Part shown: positions 28,451-40,654 of the stretch, in pieces
Layout of the letters: each line of letters opens with the position of its first letter
How positions within the stretch are numbered: the stretch's first letter is position 1
NCBI GenBank assembly: GCA_051362555.1
Contig: CM120641.1
Coordinates: 9,238,001 to 9,302,000 of the forward strand
Direction of reading: 5' to 3'
Length of the DNA: 64,000 nt
DNA from: Lingula anatina
Lineage: Eukaryota; Animalia; Brachiopoda
The notes under the pieces: model-generated
Database searches by the model: none
Told to the model about the DNA's origin: nothing
The model's input: the letters and a program-made list of their open reading frames with translations, nothing else
Made by a program: the position numbers and the translations under genes

Positions 28451-30616
28451 CTGTCATCTTTACAGCCTATTGTAAGGTGTCTTTCACATTTACAGAATTG
28501 CCGTTTAAAAGGGAAACCTGTGCCTGAAGGCTTCACAGATGAGAGAATAGAGGAGTTAAGAGAGATTCTTATCAAAGAAAAAGAAGCGTACAAAAACGAC
28601 GGAGCTCAGAATCCGTCTCTGACCAAAATCAAACAACCAAATCAAGTGCCTCTTGTAAAGGTGAGAAATGGTTATTATTTTGTCTGGATTTTTATAAGGG
28701 ATTGGATAGGATATTGTTTTTGTGAATTTTATGTACTTATGTGTACTACTGAAGAGAGTAAATAATTGGTGCCCATAAATTGATATACTTGGGGTTATCT
28801 TTTCTTCAAAACTGATAGGCATGCTTCTTAACTGAGAGATGGTTGAGGTCTGATAGATGTTTTCAGACATCATTTTCGAAATTCTGAAGTGCTGAAATGT
28901 ATTAATTGACTGAAAAACTTTTTTAGAATATTAACTGACTTATAAGATGAGTGAAATTATTATTATTTTTTTTTGGGGGGGGGGGGGTGACAAAATGAAA
29001 AATGCTACAATCCGTTTATTTGGTCTTCATTTTTTTAAAAGCAAAAGCCAAAGTCGAAGAAGCAGAAAGAAAAAGAAGCTTGGAGGCGGGAGAAGGTAAG
29101 TGAAGTTAATTTAATTGATAAAAAATGTCCCATTTGTTAAGGGAGGCGGGAGTTACAGCAGATGTAATAAAAATTTTTGACATTTTATTTCCAGTGAATT
29201 TTTTAATGTTCATTGCAGGAAATGGAAAATATCGCTTATGCGATACAAGAAAGAAATAAACAAGAGGAAGAACGTGCAGAGAAAAAGAAGATAGTAAGTA
29301 CAAAAATATTGTTTTTGAAATTAGCCGATGTATGTTATGTTTGACCTTATTCAGACTTGTGGAAAAGTTACTTGTTTTTAAGGGACATTTAAAGTTGGTT
29401 CTTTTTGTTTCTTATATTAGGCAGAATTAGAAAAACAGCGCCGCCTTGAAGAAGAAAGAGCTCGCCAATTAGCAGAGGATAAAAAAAGAAGAGAGCAGTA
29501 AGTTACCAACCTCTGATTGTCAAAAAAGGGATAGATTTGTTTAGGTGCTGCATTGAGATATGGTCTTGACAGGCAATATATCTATCATATAATTCAAGTA
29601 TTTTGTTTAAAAAGGGTGAAGTGTATTTAATTATCTCAATTGGTCAAATTACAGAGAAGAGCGTGAGCGCAGAGAGCGTGAGGAGGAAGAAGTGCGTAAG
29701 AAGGCTGAAGAAGAGAAGCGTAAAAAAGAGGACAAGAAGAAAGCTGCAGAAGCAGCTAAACAGAAGGTAGGCCATTTTCATTGCAAATTACGCCGTATTG
29801 TTGTTATGTGATTATTTTCTCACCTTTTTTCAAAACTGCCTGCTTCTGAGCCCCACTAGAAATGACCTTAAAGGGATAATAACTCTTCGTATGAGACCTA
29901 TATTTCACGATAAAAACCTTGTGAATAACTCATAAAAATATAATATATTCTGTTTTACCACAAAAACAGCAGTTATAGCTTTTATTCTGATATTTGAACT
30001 TGTCTTTAGACCACGTGACCTCCATTGATGTCTATACTCTGTTAAAATCTCTTAAGAGATTTTAACAAAAAAACAAACTTTTTAGAAAAAAACCAGGGAC
30101 TAACTTTGAATGTAAAAATGGATTCAATAACCATTGGTAAGTATGGAAAAATTGTTGTTTACTCCAGGAAAATTCATTTTTTGGCCGAAACGAAGAGTTA
30201 TTATTGCTTTAAACATGGCTGTAAAATTGATGAATTTAAAAAAAGGGTAAGCAAAGTCATAAAATTCATGAGTCTACAGTAAAACTGAAATATATTTTTG
30301 TACAGCAAATAGTTGACCAAAAAGCCAAAGAGGAGGAAGAAAAAAAGAAGGCTACAGCTGCCAAGCAGAAGAACCAAGCACAGCAGCAACAGCAAGCATC
30401 CACCCAGCAGCAACTGCAGCAGCAGCAACAAAGACAGTATCAGCTGCCGCCTCGGTTTGCTCAAAAACAGCAGCAGAAGAATAAGATGCAAACAGTGCCA
30501 CCTGGTGGCCAGAATTGTGGTAAGTTTAAAATTAAAGTGATGACAGAGTATTAAATTAAATTCAGTTATGCTTAATATTCTAATTGCTTCATTTGCCTAA
30601 AGAAGGGTTCAACATT

Positions 30617-30691
<75 letters not shown>

Positions 30692-33600
30692 GACTTAGCT
30701 GATCTTTTGACTGTTTAGTGTTAATTATTGGAATGTTTCAATTTGCAGATACAGAAAGTCAGGAAATTGGTACATGGCAAAACCCAGAGGGTGACTCTGC
30801 CAATCCTATTCTTACTTGGGGTAATCAGGCCTCTGCCAGCAGCAGTGGTAGTAGTGATATTATTGTGGATAGTCGGGACAAAGAGCAGTGGCCATCCATT
30901 GGTGACCAGTCTGAATCTGCATCTGAGGCAGGTGACGACAACGCATCTGTCCATTCGGGATCTGTGATATCTAGCTCAAGCAATCCAGGACCAGACGGGG
31001 GTCAAGGTCAAGGGTCAAGTGCCATTCAAGGTCAAAGTGCTTCCAGTGATTGGGGAGCCAACTCTTCTGACAATAAATTAGACTCAACAACATCCTGGGG
31101 AACTAGTAGTCTCTCTCCAGGAGGTGCCAACAACTCAAACTCATCATCTGTTTCGTGGGGGGAATCCATTCCCTCCCAAGCTGTGAACCAAGGACATAAT
31201 ATGCAAGCCAATAATAATAACCCAAACTCCCCCATTGAGTGGGGTAGTTCCCAGCAGAATTCCATGCCAGCACAAGGCACAGAGCATGGACCAACAAACC
31301 AAGGTGCTCAAAGTAGTAATGGTAGCAGAAACTCTCCTGCCACCACTGCCAACTCATGGGGAGGTATTTCTTCTTCAAGTCGTCCGTCTAGTGTCCAGAG
31401 CCTGGGGGATGTTGCAACCAACAGCAAGGCAGATATGAAACAAGGAGCTTCACAATGGGGGATGATGGTGCCACAAGAGTCCTCTGCTAGCAACAATCAA
31501 GGAGATAGTAATGGCAAGGTTGGTGAAATCAAACGGGGAAATGATATGCGAGGAACTAGTCAATGGGGAATGACAACCCAGGGCTCCTCAAGCTCCAGCT
31601 CCTCCAGCAGTGGCAGCCAGTGGGGAAACGTGTCAAAAGATGAGAAAAGTTCCATGAGAGGAGGATCAGGTTGGGGTAGTCCCAGCCCAACGCCTAGTCC
31701 AAGTACCAATACAGGAGACTGGGGCAAGTCTGCATCCAGTGTCCAGCAGCCAAACAGTTTACAGTCCATGTGGGGAGATCCCACAAACAGTGAGAGCTCT
31801 CAGTGGGGTGGGGGCAGTCACTGGGGGCCAGCTCCAGGGAGTTCCCAGAGAAGTGATAGTGGCAGCAGTGGCAATAGTTCCGGCAATCAGCGTAGTGCCA
31901 AAAGAATTGGATCATGGGGTTCAGGAGGGGGTTCAGTTGGTCAGACTGGAAGCTGGGCCAACAGCAATTCAAGTGGCAGGGATTGGGGAGAGTCCCAATC
32001 AGGCCAACAGTCTCAATGGGGGAACAATGGTGCCAGTCAGTGGGGCAGCAGCAGTGTAGGGCAATCACAAACAGCCGGGTCAGGATGGGGTGATGCCACC
32101 GGCACTTCCCAGCAACAGAACAATCCAGGCGAAGGATGGGGTAGTGGAACAGCCACTCAGAACAATGGGTCAGACCAGTGGGGGAGGCAGCCTACGACCA
32201 ATCAGAAGGACCCTTCTCAGCTCAACCCAAACAACCCCCAGGGACAGTGGGGAAATGTTCCGTCACCCACCAACTGGGGAAGTGCATCGACACAAGACAA
32301 CTCCCAGAGCCAGTGGGGTAATATGCCAGTGCAGAACAATGTAGCAACTAATCAGTGGGGTAATGGTGCCCCTCAGCATGGAAACAGTTCACAGGGGGCA
32401 TCCTGGGCTGGAACTTCACCAGGACCCACCTCACCCGCAGCATGGGGTAGCGGGAGCTCGTACGCCAAAGTTCTGAGCCACAATCTTCCACAGCCCCCAC
32501 CGTCTCAGCAAAAGCCTGCCAAATCAGCATTTGAGGAAGAAATAAGCCGCCAAGTTGATAGCCATGAAGGGTGGGGCATGCGTCCTGTTTCTCAAGACAC
32601 TAACTGGGATGCAAAGACCTCCCCAGAACCAAAGCGTAAAGCACGTCCAGAAGATGACTCTGTGTGGCGCCAAGAAGTGAATAATGGTACAGCCATATGG
32701 GAGTCTGTGAAAAATACATCAGGGAAACCTGCCTTCGAAGAAAAGCCTGTTGTGAGAAATGATAATTCCATTACCTGGTCTGGACCTCCAGCCCAGCAGG
32801 CACCGCCTCCTCGCAATGACACCAGTGCCTGGGGTGGGGATGCAACTACAGATGGCATGTCCTGGGGAGGAGCTGGACCTGCCAAGGAGAGATCTTGGCC
32901 CAGTGGGGCAAACAATCCTCCTGCAGCTGCTAATACAGCCGCCACGCCAAGCAATTGGAACAAACCCCCACCCACCAACAATGCCAGCTGGGGTGGCCAG
33001 GAACCGCGTCCTCTGCCAACACAGTGGGCTGGGGCTACCAACAACTCTGCTCCACAAGATGGATGGGGCGGAAGTGGATCTGCACCAAGAAGTTCCCAAT
33101 CTTCTGCTAGAGGATCGACCTCCTCTTCTGGATGGGGAGATGATGTGAAGCCAGCTACTGCTGGGAAGTCTACTGGTGGAACTGGATGGGGAGCACCATC
33201 CCCTCCTACCAATCGCAAGTCCACAACGGATGTGGATGATGGTACTGCTTTCTGGGGTGATCCTACTCAGCCTACACAATCAAAACCCCAGAACTGGAGT
33301 ACCCCGAGTACTCCCAATACTCCAATCACTCCTTCAACTAATCCAGTGTTCCCAGGCCAGAGACCTAAATCTGGTGATATGGGGGGTGCCATGTGGGGCC
33401 AAGGACCCCCACCCCCCAATATGCCTACCTCTGGAGGTTGGGGAGATGCTGCTAATCCAATAGCCAACAAAAGTGAGGAGGTCTCTTCCATGTGGCCTGG
33501 TCCTTCTCAGGTAGATATTGCATGAAAATTATGTTATATTTTTATGTCAGCTTATGCATTTCTAAAATATAATGGCTTACGTTTTTTGAGGATGTCCAAT

Positions 33601-36600
33601 GTGGTAAATTGTGCCTGATCATCCCTGTTGAATTCATTAGAGCATACTGCTTATTACAATTCCAGAGCTCCAGCGGTTGGGGTGATTCATCTGCCAGTCA
33701 GTGGCCGGTAGGTGGTGCTAAGCCAAAGACCCCGTCTACAAGTGGCTGGGAAAGTGATAGCATGCAGTGGAATGCACCAGGGCCTCGTAAGGTAGGCGAT
33801 CATACTGGTTTGCAGGGTGATCAAACAAGCAGGCGTTTGCTGAATGGGTACAGTGGACCTGGAAATGACTGGAATCACCACAGGGTAAGAGAAAACATAA
33901 ACTGCATGACAAGGGGTTCAACTGAATATCACTTTCCTTGGTTGTTCAAATATACTGTCTATGGCAGTTAAAAGGTAATTTTTTTAAACAGTCAAAAATC
34001 TGTACGTCATGCACTTTGTGATTCTATCAAATCTAACCAATATGAAGTAATTGCTGTGTTGTGAAGTGTACATAATGGACTTGGGTCAGAATGGATACAG
34101 AGATATTTCTAGGGAAGTACATTGAAAATTGATGTTTGAATAAATAAAGTCGATATTTGTCATCAGAGTTCCACATCTGTATCCAATCTTGGCTCTTCAT
34201 TAAGATGCAGGAAACAAGGTTGTTTTGAACATTCTGTTCTCTGCTTCCTAATGGTGAGAGTAAAGTATAGGTCAGAAAGGCTGAAACCACAATCAGATGC
34301 AAAGCAGCAAAGGCAAGCCACATTTTTTCTCTTGTTTCAAACCTAACCTGGTGTGGGCTTGTTACTAGAGTGGTGTGTGCAGTGCTTGTGTAGCAACTAA
34401 ATCATCCCCCCCTCCCAACTAATTTGATTGTCAGTATTAATTATGCGGGAGCCATTGCTCACTGTTATCATGATGGGATAATAAATCTCAAGTATAGACC
34501 ATCCTTATTATTCAAGGTCACATCATTATATGTAATGTAGTTGGCTTTTGAAAAATGGTTTTTGAAAAATAAGTGAATAAGCCATTTTTTGGACACTCAA
34601 AGAAAGATATATCTTGTGTCCCATTGTTTAAATTTTGAATAAATATGTGTAGCTGCACTTTACATGCATTTCTTCACTTTCAGACCAGTGAATCCAGCTG
34701 GAATGATGAGAACTGGGCTGAGACTGAGGTTGGTGAGTGGGACTCTGCCCAGGAAAACTCCACCTGGAACAGTGCACAAGGATGGACTAACAGAAATGGT
34801 GCAAAGAAAATCACTGGAATGCCCTTCTACAACAAAAACTCAGCCATTGTAAGTAGCAGATTGTTCTCGATGCAAAGTAGGCTTCTAGTTGGCTCTAAAA
34901 AGTATGAGGAATTGGGCATCAATGAGATAAATAATTTTCAGTTAGGATGAATCTATGTTGTAAGACTTGATTTTACATGTGGACCTTTCTTCCAGGGTGC
35001 TAAATTGAGTAGTCTTAACATGAATCCTCAACAGCCTCAGATGCGTAGCAGGCTGCTTCAACAGCTGACTGAAATGGGATTCAAGGTAACATGCTTTTCC
35101 TTTACTATTTGCATTACAACTTTAATGATGGAAAAATGTGTTATGATATGTAACATTATGAACTGGGAAAAACAAGGTATTTTCAGCTTGGCCTTAACAA
35201 TTCTAATTTGCCCTTGTGTTGTTTTTCATTACAGAAAGAAGATGCACAAAATGCTTTAATAAGCAATAACATGAATCTTGAAAGTGCCATTGGTAAGTGT
35301 AATGAACTTATCTTGTACATTAAGTTGTTATAGTGGTATCATCCTATATTGTTGTCTCATTTAGTCATTCTGTTGTTGATTTATTGCTGATGGTTGTAAA
35401 GTTAAGGGTGTTGGTTTGTTAGACTTTGGAATCATTTCCAACTTTCTTACATATTGCCATTTCATTTTAGCTGAACTCTTTGCTGGTGCTAATATGGACA
35501 AGCGGGATGATAATGACTTGGACAGAAAGAATCGCAACATTCAACGCCAATTCTCCGCTATCCATCAGCAAGACAAAGCAGACTTTGACAACAGTGATCC
35601 GTTCTCTCAAAATACTCCAAATTTATCCAATGCTCAACAACTGCTAGGCAAGCAGGGCAGTGTCTCTTCTAGTCCCAATCCCAGTATTAATCCAGTTGCT
35701 CTACAACAAAGGCTTCTCATGCAACAACAACAACAACAACAGCAGCAGCAACAGCAGCAGAACATGCCACCATCTCAGGGTCAGGTGCTCCGCGGTCAAG
35801 TCCCTAACATGGCCGCAGCGGCAGCCTCTGCTGGCGTGTCTGCTTCTACTCAGCAACAGCTTCTCCAGCAGCAACAGATTGTGCAACAGCTGCAGATGGC
35901 AGTGCGTGCAGGCCTGATAAATCCTCAACTCCTGAACCAGCAACTCACTCCACAGATGTTGGTGCTACTTCAACAACTGCTTCAGCTTCAGACCATTCTT
36001 CAGCGGCTCGTCCAACAGCAGCAACTGCTGCAGGCCAATAAGACGGGCATGAACCCTCTTCAGCAACGCTCCCAAATGGAGCAGAATGCTGTGGTGATCC
36101 AGACCATAAAGCAGAAGATCCTGCAACAGCAGCAACAGATTGCTCAAGCTCAGCAAGCCATGGCAGCATCCTCAGCTGCCAAGGATGCTCTTTCCAGTCT
36201 CCATCCCAAGATGACTAGTCTCTCTATCAACGAAGATTCTCTTCTCCAGACGCCAGCTGGTGCTCCCCAGTCACGTCTCACTCAGTGGAAACTGCCCTCC
36301 CCAGACAAAGAAGTGAATGAGTACTTAGACAAAGCTCCAGGCTCCAAGCCCTCCAACATTCATCAATCGCATTCCACACCCAATCTGCAAGACAAGCTGG
36401 ACTTCTCTTCCTCTCTCAGTGGAGACAGTATGTGGTCCACTTCAGTCTCCTCGTCCACGGCCGGCTCCTCCTGGCCTACTTCCAGTGCCATAACCTCCAG
36501 TGCCCAGCTTTTGGTCAAGGATAACAGCCCAGCCCAGTCTGACAACAAAGAATCTCAATCGTCCAATAGCAACAGTCAGTCTACCACACCAGTATTTGAT

Positions 36601-38298
36601 ATCAGTAACATGATTGAAGAGTTTGTGCCTGGTAAGAAGTGGCAAGGCACTGTCACCAAGAGCGTGGAAGAGGATCCACATATCACCCCGGGCAGCGTGG
36701 CTAGTGTTGCCAATATGTTGACCATCAAACCTGAAGTGCTGAATGCTCTGTCATCAAGTCCTACTGCCAACACTGACCAGCAGGTCTCATCCTGGTCTGG
36801 CATGAAGGATTTTCCACGTTCAATCAGCACCATTGCTAGCAACAGTGGAGGTTCAAAATCCACCTGGAGCTCTGGCAACACTTCAACTGTTGCCTCTGGC
36901 AGCCTGACACCCACATCCATTTCTTCTGAACTGTGGGGAGTGCCAGTGCCAGGCAAAAATGCCTCCAATGCTGCAAGTCGCCCTCCACCAGGTTTGACAA
37001 ATCAGAAGGCTGGAGGTGGTGGTGGTTCAACTGCTATGTGGGGCAGTGGTGGTGGAAGTAGTGGGGGTACCAATCCTGGCTTCAGTAGAGCCAACTCATG
37101 GGCTGGAGGATCTGCAGGTTCTGCATTTACTCCAGGTCAGTAATGGTAAAGCTGTTATAAAGCTGTGAGTTACTTTCACAATTTTTCAAGGGAGTGTTCA
37201 AGTGTTATTCCAAAAATATTGACTATTGCATATGTATAGTTTGACATATTTATTGCTTGATACCTTTTATAAATTCATGAAGCTTAAAATGTATGAAAAG
37301 GGTAACATTTTAATTGTCAATGTTTGATTCAGTGAGTATTTTTGTCAATTTATAACAGTTGAAAATATCACTAGCAAATTTTTCAATTTCAGTGGGTGCC
37401 TCTTGGGATCGCATGGGATCCAATGTATCTACTTGGGTTGTGCTAAGGAACCTGACTCCACAGGTAGGTTTAAGACTTGATAATTTAAATAAAAGTTCCC
37501 ACAGTTTGGAGGAGCTATGTTGTATGGATACGGAAAAAAATAGTAATGTGTCTCTTGTGAAAATCTCTGTAATCTTTCGGAATTTTTGATAATGTGTTTA
37601 GATAATGTGAAAAGTAGGTGAGTGCATAAACAAAATGCGAACATAAATGATTTTTGTCTTTTAAACCATTGATGGTTCTGCCCTGAAGAAGTGTGGATAA
37701 AAAAAACAAAGTAATGTGTCTATTGTGAAAATCTTTGTAAAATATCAGACTTCAAAAAAAAAAAAAAAAAAAGGGATGTTTAGATAATGTGTTAAGTAGC
37801 TATAAACAAAAAAGATAAGATGGGAAGATGAATTAGTTTTGTTTTTTGAACCAGATTGATGGCTCTACCCTGAAGACATTGTGCATGCAGCATGGCCCTG
37901 TTCAGATGTTTTATCTGAGTCTCCATAATGGCACTGCTGTTGTGCGTTACCACACCAGGGAAGAGGCTATGAAAGCACAGAAATCCCTCAACCACTGCAT
38001 CCTGGGCAACACCACCATCATTGCCGATTTTGCCAGCGACGCAGAGATGCAACGCTTCAAGGAGCAAAACACACAAACTTCTAATTCATGGTCACAAGGC
38101 ACCTCTACTCCGACCTTCCACCGCTCTGCAAGCACCTTTGCTGGCAAGAATGATGTGAACCAGTGGAACGGCTCTAGCCTGGGTTTGCAGAGTAGCATGT
38201 GGGGAGGAAGTGGCCTCTGGGGAGGATCTTCCACTCTGGAGGAACGCCACACCCCTTTCATGCCAGACATGAACATTCTCAGTGGGGATCAGATCTAA
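11205..38298 (+). CDS. TNRC6: GW182/TNRC6 (trinucleotide repeat-containing 6; miRNA silencing scaffold) with N-terminal DnaJ domain, ~2190 aa
   Basis: 21 phase-compatible coding exons: 11205-11268, 23712-23779, 24941-24992, 25161-25189, 25759-25807, 26116-26157, 27219-27316, 28496-28660, 29042-29095, 29219-29293, 29421-29497, 29655-29766, 30306-30519, 30749-33510, 33666-33884, 34684-34848, 34996-35085, 35235-35292, 35471-37135, 37393-37463, 37855-38298 (sum 6573 nt). Hallmarks: LPPRF motif, dozens of GW/WG repeats, AGO-hook [14 protein letters not shown] ([31 protein letters not shown]), Q-rich/M domain, CIM-1 [13 protein letters not shown]2 [31 protein letters not shown], and [28 protein letters not shown]. 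Confidence 0.93.
12148..12503. mobile_element. Non-autonomous DNA transposon, CAG...CTG termini, 5-bp TSD (hAT5-like)
   Basis: TIR cagacatgctgaaa / tttcagcatgtctg, flanked on both sides by ctgca; internal cggtcc subterminal repeats. Confidence 0.7.
12667..13003. mobile_element. Kolobok-like MITE (337 bp, TTAA TSD)
   Basis: ttaa|agggataattactct ... aagagttattatccct|ttaa. A near-identical copy lies at 29872-30208 and a partial copy at ~13430-13670. Confidence 0.8.
14800..15211 (+). mobile_element. DINE-1/HINE-like non-autonomous Helentron (family C)
   Basis: 5' ttacctccgccaaggagg followed by a (TGTC)n microsatellite; 3' subTIR ccttggcagaggt, short hairpin (gctct cg gagtgc) and terminal ctag before tt. 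Confidence 0.8.
15562..15598. repeat. (GT)n microsatellite
   Basis: Perfect GT run of about 18 units. Confidence 0.95.
16360..21185 (+). mobile_element. Head-to-tail cluster of DINE-1/HINE-like Helentrons (family B)
   Basis: 5' ends atgtacagacaca..gtgtctgtacat (subTIR plus inverted repeat) at 16365, 17597 and 18997, followed by a (GTCGCC)n microsatellite and ~160-bp internal repeats. One 3' end: gtctgtacat plus hairpin cagctttgctg plus ccttg at 21156-21185. 17597-18996 and 18997-~20390 are near-identical. Confidence 0.8.
21800..21980 (+). promoter_or_regulatory. Putative internal promoter and non-coding alternative first exon of GW182
   Basis: CpG-enriched unique sequence with reverse CCAAT boxes (attgg at 21836, 22123, 22458), a strong donor cggg|gtaagt at 21980/21981 and a YY1-like ccgccatattg at 22471. 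The ATGs in the candidate exon are followed by stops. Confidence 0.45.
25262..25500. mobile_element. PIF/Harbinger-like MITE
   Basis: TIR agcctaggtcc / ggacctaggct with 3-bp cta/tta flanks. Confidence 0.6.
26276..26962. mobile_element. Kolobok-like non-autonomous DNA transposon (TTAA TSD)
   Basis: ttaa|acgggcatacaaa ... tttgtatgccccc|ttaa. Confidence 0.6.
28382..28450. repeat. Poly-G tract (~69 nt)
   Basis: Uninterrupted G run 45 nt upstream of the exon 8 acceptor. Confidence 0.9.
29872..30208. mobile_element. Kolobok-like MITE (337 bp, TTAA TSD), second copy
   Basis: ttaa|agggataataactctt ... aagagttattattgct|ttaa; highly similar to 12667-13003. Confidence 0.8.
30620..30687. repeat. (TA)n plus poly-T tract
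   Basis: About 15 TA units followed by ~37 T, upstream of the exon 14 acceptor. Confidence 0.9.
30749..33510 (+). CDS. TNRC6: GW182 exon 14: GW/WG-repeat Argonaute-binding region
   Basis: Lies within ORF 30718-33525; acceptor tttgcag at 30748, donor after 33510. Contains the motifs [27 protein letters not shown] and [11 protein letters not shown] (33232-33264). Confidence 0.95.
35471..37135 (+). CDS. TNRC6: GW182 exon 19: Q-rich, M domain, CIM-1, PAM2, P-GL
   Basis: Lies within ORF 35416-37143. Contains [29 protein letters not shown] (36271-36300), [12 protein letters not shown] (36613-36648) and SRPPPGL (~36976-36996). Confidence 0.95.
37855..38298 (+). CDS. TNRC6: GW182 last coding exon: RRM and C-terminal W-rich tail
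   Basis: [59 protein letters not shown] is the characteristic GW182 RRM; stop TAA ends at 38298. Confidence 0.96.
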   Translation: MDGSTLKTLCMQHGPVQMFYLSLHNGTAVVRYHTREEAMKAQKSLNHCILGNTTIIADFASDAEMQRFKEQNTQTSNSWSQGTSTPTFHRSASTFAGKNDVNQWNGSSLGLQSSMWGGSGLWGGSSTLEERHTPFMPDMNILSGDQI

Positions 38299-39985
38299 GC
38301 TTATCTCAGAGACTGTGGTTGACTTTTTATTATTGATGAATTATTTAGACTGTGGTGGGTATCATCCAAATGATACAGGATCGATCAACGAATAGCTGAA
38401 TGAAAGAACCATGCATCATCAAAAACTATATTTGTCACAGCTTTTGCCTCTCTTGGGCAGAGAAAACTATGAAGTGCTGAGAGATTTGAGGGTGGGGTCT
38501 TGCCTCACTTTGTATGCATTGACTGGCCTTTGAAAGGGCTTGATGCACTTTGCGATCTCTTGTTGCAGGGGGTTTCAGTATTGATTTAGCAGCTTTACAA
38601 TTTGATATGTACGCCATGATGAGATGTTGTTATGGAGATGTTGCATTCCGAGTACAAAGAACACCAAATCATAATTATCTTGGTGCTATTAGCTTCGTTC
38701 CTAGAAGCAGGGGCACTTTTTAATCTCAAAAGAATAACAAAAAAAAAAGTAAGCAAAAAAGAAAAAAAAAATAAGAAAAATAAAAATAAAAATGACTATT
38801 TCAAAAACCAATGTCTTTCAGAAAAGGTACCTTGTGAGAAAAAAAAATGCTTACTTTGTAACTTGTGCAATGTTACATCTCCTTTTTATTTTAGGGAGGG
38901 GGATGGACAGATATGACATTTAACCTCCAAGTGGTTTCCTCATAATGATGGAGCCAGTGATTTAACTTGCAACATATTATATTAAACGGACAAAAAAGGG
39001 AAAAAAGAAAAAAATGTAAAAAAAAAAAAATAATGCTTATTAAATCATTGTAAGAGTCTTAAATCATTCTAGTGCTGGTTTTTGCAATCGTTGAATAACA
39101 TTTAAAAATGGCCATTTTTTTTTTTTTTCTTTCTTCACTTATGTGGAACTTATTTTCTGCAAGATGTGCGACTCCGTCTTTGCAGCGGGTGTCATTAAAT
39201 TTTGTGTGTCTTCTGTCTTAATGTGTGATCTGCTCTTCTGAGTTGTACTCTATTATTATCATTATTATTAATATTATAGTGGAACTGGTGATAATTCAAA
39301 TAAAGTGTGAGGGGACTTAGGGTCTAGTGACTCAAACCTCTACTTAGCAGAAGTATTGTTGTTATGTTTTACTATTTACAGATGTTTCTTTCAGCTAGAC
39401 TTGTTAGAGGTGGCAAGCATGAGGAAGGTGGTTCTCAAAATATTGTAACAATATATATCTTATTTTAAAATGTGCCTAGTGATACTTTCACTTTAAATAC
39501 AGTTCCAAATTCCAAAGGTTAGAATGATAGTTAAATTGATATTTGCATTTATATGTTGTAGATTTGTCAGAAAATGCATGCAGTTCTTCTGTATATCTCT
39601 ATTCATAAGATTTTAAAACCAAATTGTCAGGTCCCAAGTTGTGGGCCTATCGAAAGTGCTCTTCAAAAAGTTGTAAATGCACAATAGTCTGGCATGATAA
39701 TATACCAGAAAAGAGGCCAATAGTTATGTATTTGACAAATGATACTTTTATGTGCAGTGGTGATATAAAGTAATAAAGCAACACATAAACAAAAAATCGA
39801 CTTCTCATTTCTCTCCTAAAAGGCAAAGCTACAGAGGAGACGCCCAACAAACAATAATATCAAGTTGTTTTAATTTGAAGTGCAGAGAAGGTAGGGTTAT
39901 ATAATTTTGTTAGAAAGTAATAAACGTATTTATATATAAGGAAATAATGATAAATTAAATCCACACACATGCTTACACTATTTAC

Positions 39986-39991
39986 AATAAA
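39986..39991 (+). terminator. Candidate poly(A) signal of GW182 (3'UTR ~1.7 kb)
   Basis: AATAAA at the end of an AT-rich UTR-like stretch; an alternative AATAAA lies at ~39878. Confidence 0.4.
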
Positions 39992-40654
39992 AGATTTCAT
40001 GAAACTTGACAGCCGATGATGCTGGACCACGTGCACTGCCTTTGTAAAAATAGTTCAAATGCAGGGTGACGCTCGCCCAAAGAAGATAGTAAAAATTAGA
40101 AATGTACTTTTTAATCTCTTGGTAACCGTAACATGTTGCAAATTTCATTCCCAATCACGAAAAAGTCTTATGACAAGTGATCACTTAAAAGAGAAGTAAA
40201 GAAAAAAGATTTAGTGGTAAACAAAATTCCAATAAGTGAGAGCACAAAAACGGTAATTGGGGCGAAAACCATATTTACTGTAATTAGTATCGCATTTTAA
40301 CTTAGTGCGTTTATTTTTACGAATAATAATTCATAAAAAGATACGTAAGCTAGTGCGTTTTTGTGATAGCCACCTCTACGACTGGTGGTGGTGGTGTGTG
40401 TGTGGGGGGGGGGGGGGGGGGGGGAGCTTTCTGTCATTCCAAACATACAATAAAAGCGCGTTGGGGCTGTTGTGGCAAAAAATATCTTCTTTTCTTCAAA
40501 ATTCAATAACTTTTCCTCAATGATTTTGTGTTAAATTGATTTTTTATCATCACAACTTACGTTTAAGATAACGAAAATGTTGAAACGAAGCCACAAAGAT
40601 GTAGAAAGATTAGAAGAAATAAACTCGTCTGAAGAAAACCCATCCAGTAAGACC

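Noticed and set aside
28339-28593. Poly-Gly / poly-Pro ORFs
   Set aside because: They are translations of the intronic G run; the real exon is 28496-28660.
30313-30540. [16 protein letters not shown]... as a basic protein
   Set aside because: Wrong frame; splice phases place exon 30306-30519 in the frame encoding [11 protein letters not shown]...QLPPRF.
30721-33491. Multiple antisense and alternative-frame ORFs over the GW exon
   Set aside because: Shadow ORFs of GC-richer low-complexity coding DNA with no recognisable domains.
36613-36648. PAM2 lacking the vertebrate PP ([12 protein letters not shown])
   Set aside because: Invertebrate GW182 PAM2 motifs commonly vary here and the EF.PG..W.G core is intact.
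38299-39990. miRNA seed matches in the GW182 3'UTR (e.g. GTGCAAT at 38865) suggesting feedback
   Set aside because: Single 6-7-mers are expected by chance in 1.7 kb and cannot be supported without conservation data.
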